A stretch of 64,000 nucleotides of DNA, taken from NCBI GenBank assembly GCA_963795855.1, contig CAWCIZ010000001.1, forward strand, positions 128,001 to 192,000, given 5' to 3'. Within the stretch, counting starts at the first letter, position 1, and every line of letters begins with the position of its first letter. A program made the position numbers and the translations under genes. Source of the stretch: Vulcanimicrobiota bacterium. GTDB lineage: Bacteria > Vulcanimicrobiota > Vulcanimicrobiia > Vulcanimicrobiales > Vulcanimicrobiaceae. Of this stretch, positions 50,595 through 59,501 are shown piece by piece. A model generated the notes under the pieces. The model saw nothing but the letters and a program-made list of their open reading frames with translations, had not been told where the DNA came from and did not search any database.

Positions 50595-52013
50595 GTGAGT
50601 GTATTCGCCGACGAATTGAATGCCGCGATGGACGCCGCGGGGCTGAACGCCACCGAGCTCGCCCAGCGCTGCGGCCTGACCGAATCTGCCATCTCGTACC
50701 TGCGGTCCGGGCAACGGGAGCCCTCGTATCGCTCGCTGCAGCGGCTGACTCAGGTGCTGCCCGATCTGACCGGCACCCTGGAAAACGCATCGCCCTTCGA
50801 TTCCATCGAAGAGGCCGTCAAAGACGTTCGGGCCGGCAAGATGGTCATCGTGCTCGACGACGAGGATCGCGAAAACGAAGGCGATCTCGTGATGGCGGCG
50901 CAGATGGTCACGCCCGAAGCGATCAACTTCATGCGCAAGTACGCGGGCGGTCTTATCTGCGTGCCGATGATCGGCAAACGCCTGGACGAACTGCACCTGC
51001 CGCAAATGGTCTCCGAAAACAGCGCGGTGCATGAAACCGCCTTCACCGTTTCCGTTGAAGCGCGCGGTCGAACCACGACGGGCATTTCCGCGCACGATCG
51101 CGCGGCCACGATTCAAGCGCTGCTCGAACCGGCGACGAGGCCGTCCGATCTGCTGCGCCCGGGACACACGTTTCCGCTTCGCGCGCGCGACGGCGGCGTG
51201 CTCGTGCGTGCCGGTCAAACCGAAGCGTCCGTCGATCTCGCTCGACTCGCGGGTCTGTATCCCGCCGGCGTCATTTGCGAAATCATGGCCGAAGACGGAA
51301 CGATGGAGCGGCTCGATGGTTTGATCGAATTCGCGAAGCGCCACTCGTTGAAACTCATCACCGTGAAAGATCTCATCGCCTACCGGTGGCGCATGGAGAA
51401 ACTGCTGCATCGCATCGCCGAATTCAAACTCCCGACCGAAGTGGGAACGTGGACCGGCTATGCCTTTGAAAACACGATCGACGGCAACACGCACGTTGCG
51501 ATGGTTATGGGTGAAATCGGCGACGGCCGCGACTTGCTGGTGCGCGTACACTCGGAATGTTTGACCGGCGATGCCCTGCACTCGCTGCGTTGCGACTGCG
51601 CGGCGCAACGCGACGGCGCAATGCACATCATCGCAAAAGAAGGGCGCGGCATCTTTCTGTATTTACGGCAGGAAGGCCGCGGAATCGGCCTGGCCAACAA
51701 GCTTCGCGCCTACCAACTCCAAGACAACGGTGCGGACACGGTCGAAGCGAACATCGCGCTCGGCCTGCCCGTCGACAAACGCGACTACGGAATCGGCTCG
51801 CAGATTTTGGCCGATCTCGGCGTGAAAGAGATGCGTGTCATCACGAACAACCCGCGCAAAATTTTCGGTTTGGAAGGCTACGGCATCAAGATCGTCGGCC
51901 GCGTGCCGCTGCACACGGAACCTACGCAGTACAACAAGCGATATATCGCGACCAAACGCAGCAAACTCGGACACATGTTCGGCGAAACGCTGCCGCACGG
52001 CGGCCACGCATGA
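50595..52013 (+). CDS. ribBA: XRE-HTH fused DHBP synthase/GTP cyclohydrolase II
   Basis: N-terminal HTH (LNATELAQRCGLTESAISYLRSGQREPS), DDEDRENEGD, RVHSECLTGD, CDC, QEGRGIG, TNNP. Confidence 0.95.
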   Translation: MSVFADELNAAMDAAGLNATELAQRCGLTESAISYLRSGQREPSYRSLQRLTQVLPDLTGTLENASPFDSIEEAVKDVRAGKMVIVLDDEDRENEGDLVMAAQMVTPEAINFMRKYAGGLICVPMIGKRLDELHLPQMVSENSAVHETAFTVSVEARGRTTTGISAHDRAATIQALLEPATRPSDLLRPGHTFPLRARDGGVLVRAGQTEASVDLARLAGLYPAGVICEIMAEDGTMERLDGLIEFAKRHSLKLITVKDLIAYRWRMEKLLHRIAEFKLPTEVGTWTGYAFENTIDGNTHVAMVMGEIGDGRDLLVRVHSECLTGDALHSLRCDCAAQRDGAMHIIAKEGRGIFLYLRQEGRGIGLANKLRAYQLQDNGADTVEANIALGLPVDKRDYGIGSQILADLGVKEMRVITNNPRKIFGLEGYGIKIVGRVPLHTEPTQYNKRYIATKRSKLGHMFGETLPHGGHA

Positions 52014-52555
52014 AAACCGCAAAAGACACCGCGCCCAAACCCGATTGCTCGGGAAAACGCTTCACGATTATCGCCGCGCGTTTCTACGAAGATCTCGCAG
52101 GCTGGCTTGAAGACGGCGCGCGCCGCGCGCTTCACGATTGCGGCGTCAAAGACGAACACATCTCGGTATATCACGTGCCGGGCTGCTTTGAATTGCCGCT
52201 CGCGGCCAAGCGGCTCATCGCGGCAGACGAACGGCTCGATGCCATTGTCGCGCTAGGTGCCGTGGTGCGCGGCGAAACGCCGCATTTTGACTACGTCGCG
52301 GGCGAATGCGCGCGGGGCTTGATGACGGTCCAGCTCGCCACCGGCGTCCCCATCGGGTTCGGCGTGCTCACGACCGAGAATCTCCAGCAGGCGCGTGATC
52401 GTGCGAACCCTGAAAAAGGTGACAAGGGTTATGATGCCGCGATCGCGGCGGCATCGTTGCTGCACATTCCCGAGGAAACGGGAAAAGAGGTCGTCGGTTT
52501 TCGGGCAGGCCGCAACGCCCTTCAACCAAGCGAGGAATCCTTGCGACACAAGTAG
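52010..52555 (+). CDS. ribH: 6,7-dimethyl-8-ribityllumazine synthase
   Basis: VPGCFELP, GAVVRGETPHFDYV, FGVLT. Confidence 0.95.
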   Translation: MKTAKDTAPKPDCSGKRFTIIAARFYEDLAGWLEDGARRALHDCGVKDEHISVYHVPGCFELPLAAKRLIAADERLDAIVALGAVVRGETPHFDYVAGECARGLMTVQLATGVPIGFGVLTTENLQQARDRANPEKGDKGYDAAIAAASLLHIPEETGKEVVGFRAGRNALQPSEESLRHK

Positions 52556-52592
52556 CATAAATTGGCTCGCTACTTTTGTGGAGGCTCGACCC

Positions 52593-52889
52593 TTGGAAGA
52601 CAAGAGCATTACCTGTAAAGAATGCGGGCAACCGTTTATTTTTACGGTCCGCGACCAGCAATTCTATGCCGAAAAAGGCTTTCAAAACGAGCCGCAACGG
52701 TGCCGGGACTGTCGTCAGGCTCGCAAAGGCCAGGGGGGCGGTTCGTCTTCGGGCAGCTCAGCGCGGCCGAGTTACGAAGCCGTGTGCGCCGAATGCGGAA
52801 CGTCGACGACGGTGCCGTTCCGGCCGCGCGGTGATCGGCCGGTTTACTGCCGGGCTTGCTTTGCCGCGCATCAGCCCGCGGCGGTGTAG
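52593..52889 (+). CDS. zinc-ribbon/CxxC-x17-CxxC domain protein
   Basis: GGAGG RBS, TTG start, CKECG..FYAEKGF..PQRCRDC, CAECG..VPFRP..PVYCRAC. Confidence 0.9.
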   Translation: MEDKSITCKECGQPFIFTVRDQQFYAEKGFQNEPQRCRDCRQARKGQGGGSSSGSSARPSYEAVCAECGTSTTVPFRPRGDRPVYCRACFAAHQPAAV

Positions 52890-52917
52890 CCTCCACTCCG
52901 TTCTTTCAGCACAAAGC

Positions 52918-52950
52918 AAAGCCGCGCGAATGGTTCGCGCGGCTTTTTGT
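52918..52950 (+). terminator. Rho-independent terminator
   Basis: AAAGCCGCGCGAA-TGG-TTCGCGCGGCTTT then TTGT. Confidence 0.85.
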
Positions 52951-52976
52951 ATGGGCGCGTTGAACAGTGCGTGCCG

Positions 52977-53990
52977 ATGACCGAACCACTTGAAGCCGTG
53001 CGTTGGGCCGGCGACGCGGTCGAGTACGTCGATCAGCGCTTGCTGCCGCACGAGATACGCATCTGCCGCGCATGCACGGTCGACCAACTCGAAGAAGCGA
53101 TTCGGAGCCTCGCGGTGCGCGGCGCGCCCTGCATCGGCGTGTTCGGCGCCTACGGCGTCGCGCTGCTGCGCGATCACATCGGCGACGACGAGGAGTTTGC
53201 AAAGGCGGCGAATCGCATCCGTAACGCTCGCCCGACTGCAGTGAATCTCATGTGGGCCGTGGATCGCGTCACCAATGCAAGCGACATGCTCGCTGAAGCG
53301 CACGCGATCCATGCGGAGCAGCGCAGCATGGACGAGCGAATCGCGCAAGCGGGGGCGCAGCTCGTTCCGCGCGACGCGACCATTCTCACGCATTGCAACA
53401 CCGGCCCCATTGCGACCGCCGGCGGCGGTACGGCGCTGGGCGTCATTCTCGCGGCGCACCGTGCCGGGAAACGTCCGCACGTCTTCGTCGACGAGACGCG
53501 CCCGCTGCTTCAAGGCGCCCGGTTGACCTACTACGAATTGCAGCGCGCCGGCGTGGATGCCACGCTGCTGGTCGACGCCGCGGCGGCGATCGCAATGCAG
53601 CGTAAATCCATCGATCTCGTCATCGTCGGCGCCGATCGCATCGCGCGCAACGGCGATACGGCGAACAAGATAGGCACGTACGGTCTTGCGATAACGGCGG
53701 CGCACCATCGCATTCCGCTGTACGTAGCGGCACCGCGCTCGACGTTCGATTTCTCACTCGACGACGGTGCCGGAATTCCAATCGAAGAGCGCCCGGCAAG
53801 CGAGGTCGTATCCTTCGGCGGCACGCGCGTCGCCCAGGAAGACGCGCACGCGTATAATCCTGCGTTCGACGTGACGCCCGGGCATTTGATCGCAGCGTTC
53901 GTCACCGAATACGGCGTGCTTCGGCCGCCGTACGCCGACGCCATCGGCGATCTGGAAATGCGTCCCAATTTGAGTGCCGTAGGCGCGTGA
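52977..53990 (+). CDS. mtnA: S-methyl-5-thioribose-1-phosphate isomerase
   Basis: DQRLLP, VRGAP, RPTAVNL, THCNTG, ETRP, ANKIGT, NPAFDVTP. Confidence 0.95.
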   Translation: MTEPLEAVRWAGDAVEYVDQRLLPHEIRICRACTVDQLEEAIRSLAVRGAPCIGVFGAYGVALLRDHIGDDEEFAKAANRIRNARPTAVNLMWAVDRVTNASDMLAEAHAIHAEQRSMDERIAQAGAQLVPRDATILTHCNTGPIATAGGGTALGVILAAHRAGKRPHVFVDETRPLLQGARLTYYELQRAGVDATLLVDAAAAIAMQRKSIDLVIVGADRIARNGDTANKIGTYGLAITAAHHRIPLYVAAPRSTFDFSLDDGAGIPIEERPASEVVSFGGTRVAQEDAHAYNPAFDVTPGHLIAAFVTEYGVLRPPYADAIGDLEMRPNLSAVGA

Positions 53991-54961
53991 AGTTTTACGA
54001 CTTCCTCGACAAGCAGCCGTCGATCGGAAAACTGGTTATTATCGAGGGGACGGAACGGGTGCTCGCCGATCGCGCGCTCGAAGCCGTCATCGATCGCGTC
54101 CTTCCGCCCGATATGCGCGACATGAATCTCGAGCGATTCGCCGCATCGCAGCTGGACGGCATGGGGCGCGTTCGGGAAGCGGTGCAGGCGATGCCGTTTC
54201 TGGCGAGCTCGCGTGTGGTGGCGATCGCCGATGCGCAGACCATGAAAGCGGCCATGCGGCGCGAGTTGTGGGACGTCGCGGAAAGCGTGCCCGAAGGTAA
54301 CACGCTGGTCATCTCCGATTTACTCTCGCCTCGATCCCAGCGTCCGCAACCGTTCGGGACAATGGCGGGACGAAGCGCCTTGCGCATCGACACGACGGCC
54401 AACGAGGACCTCCGCGCGCGCTTCATTCAGGAAACGCTCGAGCAGCTGGGTGCGAGTGCCGACGCGCGAGTCGTGGATACGCTTGCGCGCAGCGAAGCCG
54501 ACCTTGCGTCGGTGCGCAACGATCTCCAGAAACTCGCGATTGCCGGCAAGAAAATCACCTACAAAGACCTTGAAAGCGAAAGTTTGAGCGTTGAGGATCC
54601 CAAGGCGTACCAATATGCCGCAGCTCTGGTCGAAGGGCGCGTGGACGACGCGCTCGGAATAGCGCGCGAACTATTTTCCAGCGACCGGAACGCGGCCGTT
54701 CCGCTGATCTACGCGCTCGCAACGGAATGCCAGATGCTTTGGGAACTGGCGCGTGAAGGCGGCCGGATTCCGGCGCGCGTGCGCTGGCGCGAGCGCGCGC
54801 TTCGCCCGGTTGCGGCACGAGTCGGTGAATCGCGCGCGCGGCGAGCCTACGAACGCGCGGTCGCCGCGTTCGATTCCATCGTTACCGGAAAGATCGACGA
54901 CCCGGAATTGGCCGTCGACTTGCTGACTGCCGAAGTGTCCGCCGTCACTGCCCGCCGCTGA
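53987..54961 (+). CDS. holA: DNA polymerase III delta subunit
   Basis: MPFLASSRVV motif, length and layout typical of HolA. Confidence 0.7.
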   Translation: MKFYDFLDKQPSIGKLVIIEGTERVLADRALEAVIDRVLPPDMRDMNLERFAASQLDGMGRVREAVQAMPFLASSRVVAIADAQTMKAAMRRELWDVAESVPEGNTLVISDLLSPRSQRPQPFGTMAGRSALRIDTTANEDLRARFIQETLEQLGASADARVVDTLARSEADLASVRNDLQKLAIAGKKITYKDLESESLSVEDPKAYQYAAALVEGRVDDALGIARELFSSDRNAAVPLIYALATECQMLWELAREGGRIPARVRWRERALRPVAARVGESRARRAYERAVAAFDSIVTGKIDDPELAVDLLTAEVSAVTARR

Positions 54962-56780
54962 AACTCGCCGCAAGCCGGTGCACGGAGCGATCGATACGCT
55001 CCAGGTGCATGATCGCGGTGCTGTCGCTCTTGCCTTCCGGCTGCTCGAACGGCACGACATCCGCGCTGCCGTCGTTCAAGCGTTCGAGTGCGATGCGAAT
55101 TTGCGCTTGTACGTGGCGTTCCATCGCTCGAATCGAATCGGCGGAACAGTCGGCAGGCGCTTCATACGCCAGACTCGCCAGACCGCGCAGCGAGTACGCG
55201 CACGCGGCGAGCATCAGCATGCGCGAGCGCAGCAGTTCATCGGGCCGCATGCGCAAAGTGTAAATGAGGGGAAGCAACTGTGCGCGTACGCTTTGAAACG
55301 CTTCGTCGTACAAACGCGCTGCCTGGAGCGGGTCCGCATTCAGATCGCCTGACAATCGCAAGGTGGCTGCTTCGATTGCTTTGCTCAGGCGGTTCAATGC
55401 CTCCGCGATCACGCTTTTCACCACTCGTTCGGTGTGAATCGGCAACACCAGCGTCGCAGCAATGCCGCCGCACGCGGCGCCGATCGCCGTCTCTATCAGT
55501 CGCAGCAACAGCAGCTGATCCGTAAAGTAGCCGAGTAAGACGTAAAGCAGCGAAAGCACGGCAGTGATGCCGAACGTCATGAGCGCGTACGAAAGCCGCA
55601 AACCGTACACCGCCACGAACAGAAAGAGAAAGAGTAGAATCATCGCCGCAGGTTGGCTCGATCGCACGAACTGCGCGGCGATGACGCCCGCGGCGACGCC
55701 GAGCGCGGTTCCCGCTACGCGCGACCAGGCTTTGCGCATCGTGTCACCCGCGGACGTCGTTCCGCTGAACACGACGAACGCCGTCAGCACGGCCCAGTAC
55801 CAGCGCTGCGTGGACAAGAACTCGCCCGCAATCATGGATGCGATTGCCGCCAGCGCCAATTGAATGCCTTGACGCGTCGTCGGGTCGAGTCTGCCCATTT
55901 CGATCTGCGTTCCGACTTTGAAGACGCCGCGCGGCGTCCAATCCGTCGGTGCGGAGGAGGGCGCGGAAACGCGCAGCGCGGGAATATCGACGCGCGACGT
56001 TGGGCTACGCAGTGCGCGTTCCGCAATATCTTCCGTCGCCAATTCTGCGTCCAATACTGCTGCCCGTAGTTCCGGCTCGTCGATATCGCGCAGCACGTCG
56101 TCGAGCGAGATCGCCGTTTCGTTCAGCCGGAACAGGTGGTGATTCAACCGGCGGCGCAGCCGGCGCGTCCACTCTCCTTGGGCTGCGGCTTGCGCGATCG
56201 TTTCGGCAATGAGCCGTTGACGCGCGCGAAACGCCGCCGTGCCGTTGTAAAATGCGTGCTCCGGCCGATCCGGAAAGACGTAGAAGCGCAGCAGGTACGT
56301 GCAGATGGTCGTTACGGCAAGCGCGAAAAGCAGCCACGGCAATTGCGCGAACGTTGCGCGCAGAAATAACGCGAAAAAGAACGAGAGCACGGCGACCATT
56401 CCGATCGCGAAGCCGCGCGGCCCGTAGCGGCGGACGTACACCGAGCAGAAGAGTGTTATCGCGAAAATCGCATCTGAGAGGATGTGATGCGGCGCGGTGA
56501 ACGTACCGAGCGTCAACATGGCTGCGGCGGGCAGCCACAACAACGCCGTCGTGATGCGCTGATCGCGCGGCGACGGGTCGTTGACGGAAATAGCCCACGT
56601 CATTCCGAGAGCCGCGCCTAAGAGCGGCACGGTAAGCGGCAAATGCTGCCAGCGAGCCACGGCGAGCAGCACTGCGAGTGCCAACCCGACTGCGCCCGTT
56701 GCGCGCATCGCCATGAAGAGACGCGTTAAGCCCGGGTCGGCCGCGACCAGGCGGTCCCGGAACGTGCCGGACAACTGCAT
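54945..56780 (-). CDS. FUSC family (aromatic acid exporter-like) membrane protein
   Basis: DPGLTRL, RRYGPRG, RWYWAVLTAFVV, RVAGTALG, RLIETAIG. Confidence 0.85.
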   Translation of the reverse strand: MQLSGTFRDRLVAADPGLTRLFMAMRATGAVGLALAVLLAVARWQHLPLTVPLLGAALGMTWAISVNDPSPRDQRITTALLWLPAAAMLTLGTFTAPHHILSDAIFAITLFCSVYVRRYGPRGFAIGMVAVLSFFFALFLRATFAQLPWLLFALAVTTICTYLLRFYVFPDRPEHAFYNGTAAFRARQRLIAETIAQAAAQGEWTRRLRRRLNHHLFRLNETAISLDDVLRDIDEPELRAAVLDAELATEDIAERALRSPTSRVDIPALRVSAPSSAPTDWTPRGVFKVGTQIEMGRLDPTTRQGIQLALAAIASMIAGEFLSTQRWYWAVLTAFVVFSGTTSAGDTMRKAWSRVAGTALGVAAGVIAAQFVRSSQPAAMILLFLFLFVAVYGLRLSYALMTFGITAVLSLLYVLLGYFTDQLLLLRLIETAIGAACGGIAATLVLPIHTERVVKSVIAEALNRLSKAIEAATLRLSGDLNADPLQAARLYDEAFQSVRAQLLPLIYTLRMRPDELLRSRMLMLAACAYSLRGLASLAYEAPADCSADSIRAMERHVQAQIRIALERLNDGSADVVPFEQPEGKSDSTAIMHLERIDRSVHRLAASFSGGQ

Positions 56781-56871
56781 CGGGCCTTCTCATACCCGCC
56801 CTCGCTTGGGGCCCCATCAGACAAAAGCCGACGAGGGTGCCCGATACTGAACGCGAAAGGCCAGCTACCCC

Positions 56872-58299
56872 ATGAGTTACAGCACTTACGCCTCTCCGTT
56901 TTCGTGGAGATACGGCCGCGCTGAACTACGCTCGCTCTTTTCGGAAGAGCGGCGCCGCAAACTCTGGCGCCAAGTGTGGGTCGCGCTTGCGGAAGCGCAG
57001 TCGCAGCGAGGCCTCGTCTCATCCGCGGAACTCGACGATATTCGCGCGCACGCCGATTGCGTCGACATCGATGCCGCGCTCGAAATCGAACGAGAGATTC
57101 ATCACGATCTCATGGCTGAAATTCGAGTGTTCGCATCGCAGGCTAAAGTCGGCGGCGGAAAATTGCACCTCGGCTCGACCTCCATGGACGTCGAGGACAC
57201 CGTCGAAACGTATCGGCTGCGGCTCGCTCTCTCGCTTATCGGATCGGCCATCGGCGACGTCTTACGCGCGCTCGCGGAAAAAATTCGCGAGTACGCGGAG
57301 CTCGTCTGTATGGCGTTCACGCATTTACAGCCCGCCGAACCGACCACGCTCGGGTATCGCTTCGCGGTGTACGCGCAAGATCTGTTGATCGACGAAAGCA
57401 ACCTTCGCTTCGTGTTCGCGAATCTCACGGCAAAGGGATTGCGCGGCGCCGTCGGCACCTCCGCATCGTACGAGCAGTTGCTCAGCGGCGGCGGCGCTTC
57501 GGTGGAAATGGAATCGGCGGTGCTCGAGCGTTTCGGGTTGGAAGCGCGCGAAATCAGCACGCAAACCTACCCGCGCAAACTCGATTATCTGCTGCTTTCC
57601 GCGCTCGCCGGCGTCGGCGCTTCGCTCTCGAAATTTGCCGCGGATATTCGCATCTTGAGTTCGCCCGAGTTCGGCGAAGTGTTCGAGCCGTTCGGGAAAT
57701 CGCAAGTGGGAAGTTCCGCGATGCCGTTCAAACGCAATCCGATCTTGTGCGAGCGCATCAATTCGCTCGCGCGCTTGCTGCCTTCGTTTGCGGACGTCGC
57801 ATGGCAGAACGCGGCAACGAATTATCTGGAGCGCACGCTCGACGACAGCGCCAATCGCCGAACCATTCTGCCCGAAGCGCTGCTCTGCGTCGATGAAATC
57901 GTGCAACTGGCCCAGCGCATCGTCACGGGCCTTCGCGTCGACGCGCACCGGATTGCCGAGAACCTGCGTACGTACGGACCATTTGCGGGGACGGAATCGG
58001 TACTGATGGAAGCGGTGCGAGCCGGCGGCGACCGGCAAGAGCTGCATGAAGTGCTGCGCTCGGCAGCGATGCAGTCGTGGAATGCAATCGCGCAAGGGCA
58101 AGCGAATCCGCTCGGGCATCTGCTTACGGAAGAACAGGAACTCACCAGCCGCGTCGACCCGGCCGAAATTCGCCGCATGCTCGATCCCGGAAAACACATC
58201 GGGACCGCAGCCGAGCGCGCACGCCTACTCGCGGATCGAATCGACGCGCTCGAGCCGTTCCCGCAGCAAAAACACATTTCGAGCGACGGAAAGAGCTGA
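56872..58299 (+). CDS. purB: adenylosuccinate lyase
   Basis: HDLMA, THLQPA, GSSAMPFKRNP, ERTLDDS. Confidence 0.95.
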   Translation: MSYSTYASPFSWRYGRAELRSLFSEERRRKLWRQVWVALAEAQSQRGLVSSAELDDIRAHADCVDIDAALEIEREIHHDLMAEIRVFASQAKVGGGKLHLGSTSMDVEDTVETYRLRLALSLIGSAIGDVLRALAEKIREYAELVCMAFTHLQPAEPTTLGYRFAVYAQDLLIDESNLRFVFANLTAKGLRGAVGTSASYEQLLSGGGASVEMESAVLERFGLEAREISTQTYPRKLDYLLLSALAGVGASLSKFAADIRILSSPEFGEVFEPFGKSQVGSSAMPFKRNPILCERINSLARLLPSFADVAWQNAATNYLERTLDDSANRRTILPEALLCVDEIVQLAQRIVTGLRVDAHRIAENLRTYGPFAGTESVLMEAVRAGGDRQELHEVLRSAAMQSWNAIAQGQANPLGHLLTEEQELTSRVDPAEIRRMLDPGKHIGTAAERARLLADRIDALEPFPQQKHISSDGKS

Positions 58300-58301
58300 C
58301 C

Positions 58302-59501
58302 GTGCTAAAAGGCATAGAAATTGCGCGCGGCAAGACCAAAGTGCTGTATGAAGCGGCGGGGCAGCCGGACATGCTCGTCGTGCAGCAGACGGACTCCATC
58401 TCTGCCGGCGACGGTGCGCGGCGCAATGAGATTGGCGGCAAAGGTCGTTTAGCGGCGCAGACGACGGCGCGCGTCTTTCGGCTGCTCAACTTGTGCGGTC
58501 TTCCGACGCATTATCTGAACGGCGGCGAGGACGACGACGACAACGAGATGCTCGTGCGCCGCTGCAACATGATTCCGCTCGAAGTGGTCGTGCGCGGCGT
58601 CGCGGCGGGATCGCTCGTGCGACGCAACCCCGGATTGCAGCGCGGGTCGCTGCTGGTGCCGCGCATGGTCGAGTTCTTCCAGAAGGACGACGCCCGCCAC
58701 GATCCGCTGATCGCGCCGGACGCAATCGCGAGCGAGAACATTGCGAACCCCGCCGAAATCTCCGCGATGACGGAAATCGCGCGCCTGACGTTCGAAATCC
58801 TCGCGCATGCGTGGCGCAAACGCGACGTGCTGCTCGTGGACCTCAAGATCGAGTTCGGGCGCCTCGCGGGCGGTGAAAACAAAGGCCAACTCGTCATCGC
58901 GGACGTCGTAGACAACGATTCCTGGCGCATTTGGCCGCAAGGGCGCGAAGATCGCATGCTCGACAAGCAGATCTACCGGAATCTGGACACCGTCGACGAC
59001 GCAGCCCTCGCGCGCGTAAAAAGCGCTTATGAAGAAGTCGCTGACCTCGCCGGGTCGTTTCCGGTGATGCGTCCGGGCATGATCGGACTGTTCGCGGAGT
59101 CCAACGATTTCGTTCCGCAGCTCAACGGCGTCGCTCAAGCGCTGGGCCAACTCGGGCTGCCGGTGGTGCGCCACGTTGCGAGTGCGTCGAAAACGCCGGG
59201 ATTCGTTCTGCAATTGCTGCAGCAGCACGATGCCACATTCGCGCGTCTGATGTACGTCACGTTTTCCGGCCTCGACGGCGCCCTGTACGCCCTCATCGAC
59301 AACGCAACCAGCAATCCCGTCGTCGACGGCGGCGGAGATCCGAGCGCGGTCGCTTTGCACTGCGCGAAAGTGCTTGCGCTCGAAGACACCGTGCTGTTCG
59401 GACGCACGCTGCTCGTGCAGACCAATGCGCGCTCGGCGGTTTTGCAAGCGGATGCGCAGGTGAACGCGCAGCAGATTCCCGCACCCGGCAGCCTTGGATA
59501 G
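58302..59501 (+). CDS. purC: SAICAR synthetase fused to a degenerate PurE-like domain (PAICS-like)
   Basis: GKTK, IPLEVVVR, KDD..HDP, DLKIEFG, DNDSWRIWP; C-terminal flavodoxin-like PurE pattern. Confidence 0.9.
   Translation: MLKGIEIARGKTKVLYEAAGQPDMLVVQQTDSISAGDGARRNEIGGKGRLAAQTTARVFRLLNLCGLPTHYLNGGEDDDDNEMLVRRCNMIPLEVVVRGVAAGSLVRRNPGLQRGSLLVPRMVEFFQKDDARHDPLIAPDAIASENIANPAEISAMTEIARLTFEILAHAWRKRDVLLVDLKIEFGRLAGGENKGQLVIADVVDNDSWRIWPQGREDRMLDKQIYRNLDTVDDAALARVKSAYEEVADLAGSFPVMRPGMIGLFAESNDFVPQLNGVAQALGQLGLPVVRHVASASKTPGFVLQLLQQHDATFARLMYVTFSGLDGALYALIDNATSNPVVDGGGDPSAVALHCAKVLALEDTVLFGRTLLVQTNARSAVLQADAQVNAQQIPAPGSLG

Noticed and set aside
56781..56871. Purine, ZTP or PRPP riboswitch before purB
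   Set aside because: Short divergent intergenic region with weak pairing and no recognisable consensus.
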